A stretch of 64,000 nt of DNA from Vicinamibacterales bacterium (GTDB taxonomy: Bacteria > Acidobacteriota > Vicinamibacteria > Vicinamibacterales > UBA2999). The stretch is from contig DATLLQ010000053.1 in the NCBI GenBank assembly GCA_035537775.1, forward strand, positions 19,521 to 83,520. The letters run 5' to 3'. A program made the position numbers and the translations under genes. How positions within the stretch are numbered: the stretch's first letter is position 1; each line of letters begins with the position of its first letter. Below the pieces are notes generated by a model. The model did no database searches. It worked only from the letters and a program-made list of their open reading frames with translations, and had not been told where the DNA came from. Below are positions 46,256 to 54,926 of the stretch, piece by piece.

Positions 46256-46933
46256 CTAGAGCTCGTTGAACTTGCCTTCGGGAATGAACTTGAAGACGCG
46301 GGGACGGACGCCATTCGTCCGCTCGACCACGTAGAGCTCGTCGTTGTCCTGCACGAACGCTCCGAACTTCGCCATCTCCTGCCTGGTGACGCCGAGCAGG
46401 TTGCTCATGATGTAGCCGTTCGCCCCGGCGTGGCCGACGATGAGGATCGTGCCTTTGCGGTGGGCCTTGAGGATTCCGCTCACCGCGTCGCGGACGCGCT
46501 CCGCCACCTGCTCTGCTGACTCCCCATCGTCCGGGCCGCGCTTGTCGGCCGGCGGCCGCGTCTTGAAGATCGGATCGTTCAGCGCGATGTTCTCCCACTT
46601 CCCGAGGAAGACCTCGCGAAGCCCCGGAAGATTCCTGACCTTGACCTTGCGCCCCGCAGCCACCGTTTCCGCGGTCGTGCGGCTCCGGGACAGCGTGCTG
46701 GAATAGATGCCATCGAGCTTGACGCCGCGCAGGCGCTCCGCCAGCATCGCCGCGTGCTTCAGCCCCGTTTCGTTCAGCGGCGTATCGGTCCAGCCCTGGG
46801 CGATGCCTTTCAGGTTGCCGTCGGTCTGCCCGTGACGCGCCAGGTACACGCGGAGCGTGTCGCCTTCCTGCGCGTTCAGACTGGGCACAGTCGCGGCAGC
46901 GGCGAGTACCAGGGCACAGAGGAGTCTTCTCAT
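46256..46933 (-). CDS. Histidine phosphatase family protein (phosphoglycerate-mutase-like), secreted
   Basis: A signal peptide is followed by the YLARHGQTDGN (RHG) motif and IVGHAGANG. Confidence 0.85.
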   Translation of the reverse strand: MRRLLCALVLAAAATVPSLNAQEGDTLRVYLARHGQTDGNLKGIAQGWTDTPLNETGLKHAAMLAERLRGVKLDGIYSSTLSRSRTTAETVAAGRKVKVRNLPGLREVFLGKWENIALNDPIFKTRPPADKRGPDDGESAEQVAERVRDAVSGILKAHRKGTILIVGHAGANGYIMSNLLGVTRQEMAKFGAFVQDNDELYVVERTNGVRPRVFKFIPEGKFNEL

Positions 46934-46961
46934 CGGGCTTTGGCTCTGGAATCTAGGCTTC

Positions 46962-46984
46962 GGGAGTTGGGAATTGGAAGTTGG
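46962..46984. repeat. Second copy of the 23-nt element: GGGAGTTGGGAATTGGAAGTTGG
   Basis: It matches the copy at 42564-42586 at 22 of 23 positions. It lies in the 59-bp spacer between the korB stop and the phosphatase start. Confidence 0.6.
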
Positions 46985-46992
46985 CGGTGCCT

Positions 46993-48048
46993 CTACCTGA
47001 ACCGCTGCTGCATGCGCTGGAGCTCGTCATTCCCCGGGCACAGCTGCTCGTAGGGCAGGTCGACGAGGGCGGAAGGCACCGTGCCGCTCTGGCTGTGCAT
47101 GTCCGCCGAATCTTCGGAGAGATACAGCAGGCCGGTCACGATGTCGCCGTCCTTCTGCCGCTCGCGGATGTAGGAATACGCGACGTCGCGGTCACTCGGG
47201 TCGTAGTCCTCGGCCACCTTGCGCAAACGCACCCAGCTCCCGTCGTGCATCATCACGTTGCGCACGCTGCCGGCGTCATAGCTGGTGGTGATCGCCGCGG
47301 CCGGCGGGATGAAATCGGCCTGGACGATCTCCACGTCGTGCTCGCGCGTATAGGCGTAGCTCTTGGTCGAGCCCTCGTGGTCGTTGAACGTCACGCACGG
47401 AGAGATGACGTCCACGAACGCGAAGCCGCTGTGCGAGAGGCCAGCCTTCAGGATCGGGACGAGCTGCGCCTTGTCGCCGGAGAAGCTGCGGGCGACGAAG
47501 CTGGCGCCGAGCGTGAGCGCCAGCAGGCACCCGTCGATCGACTCCATCGTGTTGGCCTCGCCCTTCTTGCTCAGCGAGCCCCGGTCCGCCGATGCGGAGA
47601 ACTGCCCTTTCGTCAGACCGTAGACGCCGTTGTTTTCGAGCACGTACAGCAGGTTCACGTTGCGGCGGATGGCGTGCGAAAGCTGGCCGAGCCCGATCGA
47701 GAGCGAGTCACCGTCGCCGGAGACGCCGATGTAGATCAGCTCGCCGTTCGCAGCGTTGGCGCCGGTGACCAGCGCCGGCATGCGTCCGTGCACGCCGTTG
47801 AAGCCATGCGCCTCCTTCAGGAAGTAGGCGGGCGTCTTCGACGAGCAGCCGATGCCGGAGAGCTTGGCGACCCGGTGCGGCGGAATCGAGAGCTCCCAGA
47901 ACGCCTGAACGATGGCCGCGGTGATCGAGTCGTGTCCGCACCCGGCGCAGAGCGTGGTCATCGACCCTTCGTAGTCGCGGCGGGTCAGGCCGATCTCGTT
48001 GCGCTGGAGACCAGGGTGGGCGACGACGGGCTTCGGGATGTAGGTCAT
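46993..48048 (-). CDS. korB: 2-oxoacid:ferredoxin oxidoreductase beta subunit (TPP-binding)
   Basis: The motifs TLCAGCGHDSI and GVSGDGDSLSIG (TPP GDG motif) are present, at the size and in the gene order expected for KorAB. Confidence 0.9.
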   Translation of the reverse strand: MTYIPKPVVAHPGLQRNEIGLTRRDYEGSMTTLCAGCGHDSITAAIVQAFWELSIPPHRVAKLSGIGCSSKTPAYFLKEAHGFNGVHGRMPALVTGANAANGELIYIGVSGDGDSLSIGLGQLSHAIRRNVNLLYVLENNGVYGLTKGQFSASADRGSLSKKGEANTMESIDGCLLALTLGASFVARSFSGDKAQLVPILKAGLSHSGFAFVDVISPCVTFNDHEGSTKSYAYTREHDVEIVQADFIPPAAAITTSYDAGSVRNVMMHDGSWVRLRKVAEDYDPSDRDVAYSYIRERQKDGDIVTGLLYLSEDSADMHSQSGTVPSALVDLPYEQLCPGNDELQRMQQRFR

Positions 48049-48056
48049 ATATATGC

Positions 48057-48081
48057 GGCACCCCTAAAGGGGTGCCCTACG
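48057..48081 (+). repeat. REP-type element GGCACCCC-TAAA-GGGGTGCC-CTACG
   Basis: Read directly in the korA/korB spacer. It is followed by a partial unit, AGGGCGCCCTACG, at 48085-48097. Confidence 0.8.
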
Positions 48082-48092
48082 TAAAGGGCGCC

Positions 48093-49889
48093 CTACGCTG
48101 CTTTATCCAGTCTGGCCTTGACGCCTGAAATCACGTGCTGCGCGCTCATCGGGAAGCCGCCGTAGTACCGCACCGACTCCATCTTGTCGATCGACAGGCC
48201 CGTCTCGAGCTGGAGCAGACTGCGCAGCTGCGCGTCGCGGTTCTGCTCGACGACGAACGTGAGGTCGTGCGATTCGATGAACTTCGCCACGTCGTCCCCG
48301 AAGGGGAAGCTGCGGACGCGCATGTAGTCGAGCGCGATGCCTTCTTTCGCCAGCAGGTCCAGCGCCTCGATGCACGCGGCATGGCAGCCGCCGACGGTCA
48401 ATATGGCCAGCTTCGTGCCCGGAGTCTGGCGGATGATCGGCGCCGGCAGCGATTTCGTGGCGCGCTGAATCTTCCGGTCGATGCGGTCGACGACCTCGAG
48501 GTATTCCTCGGCGTCCTCCGTATAGCCGCCGTACTTGTTGTGGCCGGAGCCTCTCGTGAAGAACGCGCCCCTCGGGTGCGTGCCGGGCAGCGTGCGATAC
48601 GGGATCCCGTCGCCGTCCACGTCGAGGTAGCGATAGAAGTTCTTCGCCTTCTCGAGCTGCTCCGCTGTGAGCACCTTGCCGCGATCGGGCTTGCGGCTGT
48701 CGTCCCACACCAGCTTCGGCACCATCCAGTCGTTCATCCCGATGTCGAGATCGGTCAGCACGAACACCGGCGTCTGGAACCGCTCGGCATAGTCGAATGC
48801 CTTCGAGGCCAGCTCGAACGCCTCTCGCGGATCCGACGGATAGAGACAGATGTGCCGCGTGTCGCCGTGCGACGCATAGGCGGCCATCATTAGGTCGCCC
48901 TGCTGCGTGCGGGTCGGCATGCCGGTTGACGGTCCGGTGCGCTGCACGTCGAAAATCACCGCCGGGACTTCGCCGTAGTAGGCAAGGCCGATGAACTCGT
49001 TCATCAGCGAGATGCCGGGACCCGAGGTGGATGTGAAGGCGCGGGCGCCGGCCCAGCCGGCGCCGATCACCATGCCGACGGCGGCGAGCTCGTCTTCCGC
49101 CTGGAGGATCGCGAAGCGATTCTTCTTGGTCTCGGGATCCTGGCGGTACTTCATGCAGAAGCCGCGGAAGGCGTCCATCAACGAGGTCGACGGCGTGATC
49201 GGATACCAGGCGGCAACGGTCGCGCCGGCGTAGAGACAGCCGAGCGCTGCCGACGTATTGCCGTCGATGAGGATCGCGTCCTTGGTCTTGTCGAGCGGCT
49301 CGAGGTGGATCGGCAGCGGGCAGGACAGGTTCTTCAGCGCGTACTGATACCCGAGGTCCACCGCCTTCTGGTTGGAGTCCATCAGCGCCTGCTTCTTGCC
49401 GAACTTCTCCTTCAGCAGCGCGCGGATGACGTCCTGGTCGATCTTCATCAGCGCCGCGAGCGCGCCGACATACGCGATGTTCTTCATGAGGATGCGCTCG
49501 CGCACGCCCTTGAAGCTCGCGTTGCACATCTCCGCCAGCGGCACGCCCAGGTAGGTGACGTCCGGCCGCTTCAGGCGATCGTCGAGTGGCCACGACGAGT
49601 CATACAGCAGCCATCCGCCGCCTCGCACCTCGGCCACGTCCTTGTCGTAGGTCGCGGCGTTCAGCGCCACCATCAGATCGAAGTCCGGCGTGCGGGCGGT
49701 GTAGCCGTCCTTGTTGACCCGGATCTCGTACCAGGTGGGCAGCCCCTGGATGTTCGACGGGAAGACGTTCTTGCCAGTGACCGGCACACCCATCCGGAAG
49801 ATGGCCTGCATCAGGAGACTGTTGGCCGATGCGGACCCGGTTCCGTTGGCAGTGGCGATCTTGAAGGCGAAGTCGTTAACTCGGCTCAT
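48093..49889 (-). CDS. korA: 2-oxoacid:ferredoxin oxidoreductase alpha subunit
   Basis: A 598-aa protein with the N-terminus FKIATANGTGSASANSLLMQAIF and the domain order typical of KorA. Confidence 0.9.
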   Translation of the reverse strand: MSRVNDFAFKIATANGTGSASANSLLMQAIFRMGVPVTGKNVFPSNIQGLPTWYEIRVNKDGYTARTPDFDLMVALNAATYDKDVAEVRGGGWLLYDSSWPLDDRLKRPDVTYLGVPLAEMCNASFKGVRERILMKNIAYVGALAALMKIDQDVIRALLKEKFGKKQALMDSNQKAVDLGYQYALKNLSCPLPIHLEPLDKTKDAILIDGNTSAALGCLYAGATVAAWYPITPSTSLMDAFRGFCMKYRQDPETKKNRFAILQAEDELAAVGMVIGAGWAGARAFTSTSGPGISLMNEFIGLAYYGEVPAVIFDVQRTGPSTGMPTRTQQGDLMMAAYASHGDTRHICLYPSDPREAFELASKAFDYAERFQTPVFVLTDLDIGMNDWMVPKLVWDDSRKPDRGKVLTAEQLEKAKNFYRYLDVDGDGIPYRTLPGTHPRGAFFTRGSGHNKYGGYTEDAEEYLEVVDRIDRKIQRATKSLPAPIIRQTPGTKLAILTVGGCHAACIEALDLLAKEGIALDYMRVRSFPFGDDVAKFIESHDLTFVVEQNRDAQLRSLLQLETGLSIDKMESVRYYGGFPMSAQHVISGVKARLDKAA

Positions 49890-49937
49890 CTACTCTCTGG
49901 ACGCTCGTCTCGGAGCTCCTCGCGGTGAACATCCCGG

Positions 49938-51728
49938 TTACACCGCCACAGTCGCCGGCACGACCGAATCCGCGTGCGGTATCAGCACCGCAAACTTCCG
50001 CATGTCCCACGCATAGGTCGGGCACCGCTCGGCACAGAGGCCGCAGTGCAGGCAGATGTTTTCGTCCTTCACCATGATGCGCCCGGTCTGCTTCAGCCCG
50101 CCAGATGCGAACAGCGGCTGTTCCGTATTCAGCGCCGGCGTTTTGACGTTGCTCCGCAACTCGTTCTCGTCTGCGTTGGGAATGATCGCCAGGCAGTCAA
50201 CGGGACAGATATCGATGCACGCATCGCACTCGATGCAGAGCGAGTCGGTGAAGTGCGTCTCTACGTCGCAGTTGAGGCAGCGTTCGACCTCATGCGCGGT
50301 CTGCTCGGCCGTGAAGCCAAGCTCAACTTCGGTATTGAGGCTCTTGAACCGCGTCACCAGATCGACGTGCGTCATCTTCTGGCGTGCGACGGGGTCGTAG
50401 TTGTTGCTGTACGACCACTCGTGCAGCCCCATCTTCGTGCTCGTCAGCGTCATGCCCGGCGAGGGGCGCTCGGTGACGGGAATGTCCTGACAGTAGTTGT
50501 GGATCGAGATGGCCGCCTGGTGGCCGTGCTCGACGGCCCAGATGATGTTCTGCGGGCCGAACGCGGCGTCGCCGCCGAAGAACACGCCCGGACGCGTGGA
50601 CATGAACGTCGTCTTATCCACGACCGGCATGTCCCACTTGCCGAACTCCAGGCCCATGTTGCGCTCGATGAACGGAAACGCGTTGTCCTGCCCGATCGCC
50701 AGCACAACTGTGTCGCACGGGATGATCTCGCGACCGATCGTCTCCTGCTGGAGCTTCCCGTCCACCTCGACCGACTTGAACTTGTCGAACTCCATGCCCG
50801 TCAGCTTCCCGTTCTCGACGATGAAGCGGATCGGCTGGAGGTTCTCGACGATCTCGACGTTCTCTTCTTCGGCGTCTTCCAGCTCCCACGGTGACGCCTT
50901 GAAGTACTTCCGCGTCTTGCGAGCGATGACCTTGACGTCGGTGGCGCCGAGCCGCTTGGCCGAGCGGCAGCAGTCCATCGCGGTGTTGCCGACGCCGATG
51001 ATCAGCACGCGCTTGCCGACAGACTCGATGTGGCCGAAGTGCACCGACTCGAGCCATTCGATGCCGATGAAGATCTGATCCGTGTCGTGCCGGCCCGGGA
51101 TCTCGAGCTCCTTGCCCTTCGGCGCCCCGCTGCCGACGAACACCGCGTCGTACTCCTTGGAATCGAGAAGCCCCTTCAGGCTCTCGACAGGCGTGTTGTA
51201 GCGGACGTCAACGCCCATGTCGACGATGTAGCCGATCTCTTCGTCGAGGACCTGCTCGGGGAGGCGGAAGGCGGGGATGTTGATCCGCATGAGGCCGCCG
51301 GGCTTCGACAGCTTCTCAAATACGGTGACCTGGTAACCAAGCGGCATCAGGTCGTTGGCTACCGTCAGCGACGCCGGACCCGCGCCGATCAGCGCGACCT
51401 TCTTCCCGTTCTTCTTCGCCGGGGCCGTCGGCAGCAGGTGTTTGACCTCGTCGCGATGGTCGGCGGCCACGCGTTTGAGGCGGCAGATCGCCACTGGCTT
51501 CCCGTCCACGCGCGTGCGCCGGCAGGCAGGTTCACAGGGCCGATCGCACGTACGGCCAAGAATTCCTGGGAAAACGTTCGATTCGCGATTGAGGAGGTAG
51601 GCGTCGGTGAATCGTCCCTGGGCTATCAGCCGGATGTATTCCGGCACGTTGGTATGCGCCGGACACGCCCATTGGCAATCGACGACACGGTGGTAGTACG
51701 TCGGATTCCCGACATCCGTTGGATTCAT
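49938..51728 (-). CDS. GltD-like FAD/NAD(P)H oxidoreductase fused to a C-terminal 2x[4Fe-4S] ferredoxin domain
   Basis: From ORF 49938..51887, with the start moved to MNPTDVGNPTYYHRV (ATG 51726-51728). Motifs include an N-terminal Fe-S Cys cluster (CDRPCEPAC), VALIGAGPASL, and C-terminal CLNCD...CIECDACIDICP and CLHCGLCAERCP. Confidence 0.85.
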   Translation of the reverse strand: MNPTDVGNPTYYHRVVDCQWACPAHTNVPEYIRLIAQGRFTDAYLLNRESNVFPGILGRTCDRPCEPACRRTRVDGKPVAICRLKRVAADHRDEVKHLLPTAPAKKNGKKVALIGAGPASLTVANDLMPLGYQVTVFEKLSKPGGLMRINIPAFRLPEQVLDEEIGYIVDMGVDVRYNTPVESLKGLLDSKEYDAVFVGSGAPKGKELEIPGRHDTDQIFIGIEWLESVHFGHIESVGKRVLIIGVGNTAMDCCRSAKRLGATDVKVIARKTRKYFKASPWELEDAEEENVEIVENLQPIRFIVENGKLTGMEFDKFKSVEVDGKLQQETIGREIIPCDTVVLAIGQDNAFPFIERNMGLEFGKWDMPVVDKTTFMSTRPGVFFGGDAAFGPQNIIWAVEHGHQAAISIHNYCQDIPVTERPSPGMTLTSTKMGLHEWSYSNNYDPVARQKMTHVDLVTRFKSLNTEVELGFTAEQTAHEVERCLNCDVETHFTDSLCIECDACIDICPVDCLAIIPNADENELRSNVKTPALNTEQPLFASGGLKQTGRIMVKDENICLHCGLCAERCPTYAWDMRKFAVLIPHADSVVPATVAV

Positions 51729-51741
51729 GCGGTAGAGCTTA

Positions 51742-51747
51742 ATTATA
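51742..51747 (-). promoter_or_regulatory. Consensus -10 hexamer TATAAT 13 nt upstream of the ATG
   Basis: The minus strand reads cccTATAATtaagctctaccgcATG. No SD lies between the hexamer and the ATG. Confidence 0.4.
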
Positions 51748-51856
51748 GGGCACGGTGCCGAAATGCGCGGCTTTCGCGCGAGAACACAAAGATATACGGT
51801 GCGTCGGGGGATTCCGCTTACGCACGATGTGCGCCATCGTGATGGCTGCTTCCGTA

Positions 51857-51894
51857 CAAGAAAAGGGCGCGAAGAACAGTTGTTCATCGCGCCC
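51857..51894 (-). terminator. Rho-independent terminator downstream of sodA
   Basis: The minus strand reads GGGCGCGATGAACAACTGTTCTTCGCGCCC followed by TTTTCTTGT. The stem is long and almost perfect. Confidence 0.7.
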
Positions 51895-51905
51895 GCGTCT
51901 GTGAT

Positions 51906-51929
51906 GTCCGGCTAAAGCCGGACGCTACG
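51906..51929 (+). repeat. REP-type element GTCCGGC-TAAA-GCCGGAC-GCTACG
   Basis: Read directly, 9 nt after the sodA stop. Confidence 0.8.
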
Positions 51930-51937
51930 AATGCCGG

Positions 51938-52534
51938 TTACAGGGCCTTGTTGACCTCGGCCCAGTTGACGACGTTCCACCACGCGCCGATGTAGTCGGG
52001 GCGGCGGTTCTGATACTTCAAGTAGTAGGCGTGCTCCCAGACGTCGAGGCCGAGAACCGCCTTCTTCCCATCCATCAGCGGGTTGTCCTGATTCGGCGTG
52101 CTGGCGATCGACAGCTTTCCACCGTCGTTGAGCAGCCACACCCACCCGCTGCCGAAGCGTCCGGCGCCGGCCTTCGCCCACTCTTCCTTGAACTTGTCGA
52201 AGCTGCCGAACGCCGCATTGATCCCGTCGGCAACCTTTCCGGTTGGCGCGCCGCCGGCATTCGGCGCCATCCACTTCCAGAACATGCTGTGGTTCCAGTG
52301 CCCGCCGCCGTTGTTGCGTACCGCGGTGCGGATGGCTTCCGGAATGCTGTTGATGCTCTTGCAGAGATCCTCGACCGTCTTGCCCTGCAGGTCGGGATGG
52401 TTCTGCAATGCGTTGTTCAAATTGGTGACATACGTCTGATGATGCTTCCCGTGATGAATCTGCATCGTCTGCGCGTCGATGTGCGGTTCGAGCGCGGCGT
52501 GGTCATACGGGAGCGGGGGAAGTTCGTGCGCCAT
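51938..52534 (-). CDS. sodA: Superoxide dismutase, Mn-type by sequence signature
   Basis: From ORF 51938..52591, with the start moved to [17 protein letters not shown] (ATG 52532-52534) after GGAGGA. The motifs [26 protein letters not shown] and DVWEHAYY are present. Confidence 0.95.
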   Translation of the reverse strand: MAHELPPLPYDHAALEPHIDAQTMQIHHGKHHQTYVTNLNNALQNHPDLQGKTVEDLCKSINSIPEAIRTAVRNNGGGHWNHSMFWKWMAPNAGGAPTGKVADGINAAFGSFDKFKEEWAKAGAGRFGSGWVWLLNDGGKLSIASTPNQDNPLMDGKKAVLGLDVWEHAYYLKYQNRRPDYIGAWWNVVNWAEVNKAL

Positions 52535-52547
52535 TCGTCCTCCGAAG

Positions 52548-52569
52548 GAGCGGATCGTCGGATCCGCTC
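52548..52569 (-). promoter_or_regulatory. Perfect 9-bp stem hairpin in the sodA leader
   Basis: The sequence GAGCGGATC-cgac-GATCCGCTC lies immediately upstream of the SD. Its role is unknown. Confidence 0.3.
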
Positions 52570-52627
52570 GAACCGGACGATGGTACTTCACACCACGAAC
52601 TGGCGCGAATAAACGGAAGAGATAGCG

Positions 52628-53089
52628 TCAGTCCTGAAGCTTCAGGTGCATGAAGACGCTGAACCCGTTGTCCTGGTAGGAACCGAAGCGTCCGCACTCC
52701 TGAAAGCCGACGCTGCGATACAGCGTCTGCGCCGGCGCGAATGCCGGGTGATTGCCGGTTTCGAGGAACAGCTCACGATATCCGCGCTGACGGGACACCT
52801 GAAGGAGGTGATTGAGCAGCGCTCTTCCTGTCCCCTGCCGGCGAAGGCGCGCCGGTGTCCGCATCGACTTCACTTCGCCCTGGGATGGCGACAGCTCCTT
52901 CAGGGCCGCGCAACCGAGTAAGGCCCCGTCTTCCCATGCGGTCCAGAGAGTGACGTCTGGCGCCCGTAACTTGCTCGCGTCGAAAGCGAAGACGCATTCG
53001 GGCGGCGACAGCTCGTGCATGTTCCTGAGATGCTCCTCGAGCAACGCGAGCACCTCAGCTCTGGATACATCGTCGAGCTCGATCCGCAT
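52628..53089 (-). CDS. GNAT-family N-acetyltransferase
   Basis: From ORF 52628..53245, with the start moved to MRIELDDVSRAEV (ATG 53087-53089). The acetyl-CoA loop is RLRRQGTGRALLNHLL. Confidence 0.8.
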   Translation of the reverse strand: MRIELDDVSRAEVLALLEEHLRNMHELSPPECVFAFDASKLRAPDVTLWTAWEDGALLGCAALKELSPSQGEVKSMRTPARLRRQGTGRALLNHLLQVSRQRGYRELFLETGNHPAFAPAQTLYRSVGFQECGRFGSYQDNGFSVFMHLKLQD

Positions 53090-53105
53090 GCGGAGTAAGG
53101 TCCGT

Positions 53106-53597
53106 CTACCAGGGACCGGTGTGAGTCTTGATCGCTCCGGACAGCAGCGCCTTGCGAACGTCCTCAATCGTCTTGAAGCCGCCAGGTGCGGCACCGCCCC
53201 ACTCGAATTGAGTCGCATCGGGCGTCCAGCGAAAGAGCAGCACATGCCATGTGGATGTACCGCCGCCGCGCTCGTAATACACCAGGCAATGGAAATCGTT
53301 CGAGCACCCGGCTGCGATCATCCGGCGGCTCGGGAGCTGTCGATTGACCGCCACGCCGGCCTTCTGAAAATCGGCTCCCGGCTCGGCGATGTCGAGCGTG
53401 CCGCCGAACATCGGCATCAGCCGATCGCGCACCCCAAGTGGCAGGCCCCGGATCGACGTGATGATGTCGAAGCGTTCGTTCTGCAGGTGAGTGCGCAAAG
53501 CCGGGGCCAGCGGGCCTGAGGCCGTCTGGCCCGTAGCAACGACGGCCGGCAAAAGGCTGACGGCGAGCGCGATGAGGAGTCGTGTGCGCATGCGCAT
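53106..53597 (-). CDS. Secreted hypothetical protein
   Basis: From ORF 53106..54227, with the start moved to MRMRTRLLIALAVSLLPAVVATG (ATG 53595-53597). A signal peptide is present. Confidence 0.6.
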   Translation of the reverse strand: MRMRTRLLIALAVSLLPAVVATGQTASGPLAPALRTHLQNERFDIITSIRGLPLGVRDRLMPMFGGTLDIAEPGADFQKAGVAVNRQLPSRRMIAAGCSNDFHCLVYYERGGGTSTWHVLLFRWTPDATQFEWGGAAPGGFKTIEDVRKALLSGAIKTHTGPW

Positions 53598-53603
53598 GTT
53601 TTT

Positions 53604-53628
53604 GGTCCGGCTGAAGCCGGACGCTACG
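53604..53628 (+). repeat. REP-type element GGTCCGGC-TGAA-GCCGGAC-GCTACG overlapping the nadA stop codon
   Basis: Read directly. The CTA of the tail (53624-53626) is the reverse complement of the nadA TAG stop. Confidence 0.8.
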
Positions 53629-54760
53629 TAATAGACAGCATCCGATCGAGCGCGACCTTGTTCCAGTGCTTCTGTTCGTCGGAAACGACGATGCGATTGG
53701 GAACGCGGCCTTCGACCAGTTCCTCGAGAATCCAGAGCAGGTGGTTCGGCGACACGCGGAACATCGTCGAGCACAGGCAGCCGAACTGGTCGAGCGAGAC
53801 GACGGTCTTGTCCGGCGCCACTTCGTGCGCTAGCCGGTTGACCAGGTGCACCTCGGTGCCGACGGCCCATACCGAACCCGGAGCGCTCTCGCGAACGGTC
53901 TTCAGGATGTACTCGGTGCTCCCGTTGTCGTCGGAGGCCTGAACGACATCCCACGGCACCTCGGGATGGACAATGACGCGGATCCCCGGGTGCTGCTTCC
54001 GGACGGCCTCGATCTGCTTCGCGGTGAAACGCTCGTGCACGGAGCAGTGGCCCTTCCAGAGGATCATCTTCGCGCGCTTGACGTCTTCGGGATCGAGGCC
54101 GCCGAACATCTCGTTGGGATCCCACACGACCATCTGATCGAGCGGCACTCCCAGCTTGTAGGCGGTGTTGCGCCCGAGGTGCTGGTCGGGCATGAAGAGA
54201 ATCCGCTCTCCGCGCTCGAATCCCCACTTGATCGTGGCCGCCGCGTTTGACGACGTGCAGACGGTGCCGCCGCGTTCGCCGACGAACGACTTAATCGACG
54301 CGGCCGAGTTGATGTAGGTCACCGGCACGATGCCGGGGATGCCCATCTGCTGCAGCTCTTCCCAGCACGTCTCGAGCTGATCGGGATCGACCATGTCGGC
54401 CATCGAGCAGCCTGCGGCAAGGTCCGGCAGGATCACCTGCTGATGCGGCGCGGAGAGAATGTCCGCGCTCTCGGCCATGAAGTGGACGCCGCAGAACACG
54501 ATGTAGTCGGCGTCGGGATGCTTCGCGACCTGGCGTGCGAGGCGGAACGAATCGCCGGTGTAGTCGGCGAACTTGATCACCTCGTCGCGCTGATAGTGAT
54601 GGCCGAGAATGACGAGCCGCTTGCCGAGCGTCGCGCGAGCCGCGGCAATGCGGGCGTCCATCTCCACGTCAGACAGGCCGAGGTACTTCTCGGGGAGCGC
54701 CTGACGCTCGGAGATGTGGTCCTTCTCGAACTCGGTCAGCAGCGGAATGATTGAGCCCAT
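53624..54760 (-). CDS. nadA: Quinolinate synthase NadA
   Basis: The whole 378-aa sequence is characteristic of NadA, including VILGHHYQRDEV, VHFMAESADIL, ILWKGHCSVHERF and VGTEVHLVNRL. Confidence 0.95.
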   Translation of the reverse strand: MGSIIPLLTEFEKDHISERQALPEKYLGLSDVEMDARIAAARATLGKRLVILGHHYQRDEVIKFADYTGDSFRLARQVAKHPDADYIVFCGVHFMAESADILSAPHQQVILPDLAAGCSMADMVDPDQLETCWEELQQMGIPGIVPVTYINSAASIKSFVGERGGTVCTSSNAAATIKWGFERGERILFMPDQHLGRNTAYKLGVPLDQMVVWDPNEMFGGLDPEDVKRAKMILWKGHCSVHERFTAKQIEAVRKQHPGIRVIVHPEVPWDVVQASDDNGSTEYILKTVRESAPGSVWAVGTEVHLVNRLAHEVAPDKTVVSLDQFGCLCSTMFRVSPNHLLWILEELVEGRVPNRIVVSDEQKHWNKVALDRMLSIT

Positions 54761-54885
54761 CGGCAGCCTGCACTCCGGTCACGTCCGTGTGACATTGTGA
54801 AACTTTTCGCAATCTCCGGACGTGAAAAAGCCCAAACCCCTCAGCCGGCTATTGCCCCGTGGGATTTGGACTGTCTGAATTATAA
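54761..54885 (-). promoter_or_regulatory. Structured nadA leader: -10 TTATAAT, a terminator-like hairpin with a U5 run, then a long hairpin abutting the SD
   Basis: The minus strand reads cgTTATAATtc...CCAAAUCCC-acggggcaauagccggcuga-GGGGUUUGG-GCUUUUU-CACGUCCG...CGGACGUG-accGGAGugcaggcugccgAUG. Confidence 0.5.
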
Positions 54886-54926
54886 CGTTTGGCGGCGGCG
54901 GACGATAGCCGGGGCGGTTGCCCGCC

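Noticed and set aside
48103-49593. A 496-aa alternative-frame ORF on the same strand as korA
   Set aside because: It lies out of frame within korA. The translation is extremely Arg/Pro/Gly-rich, whereas the korA frame gives a normal globular sequence.
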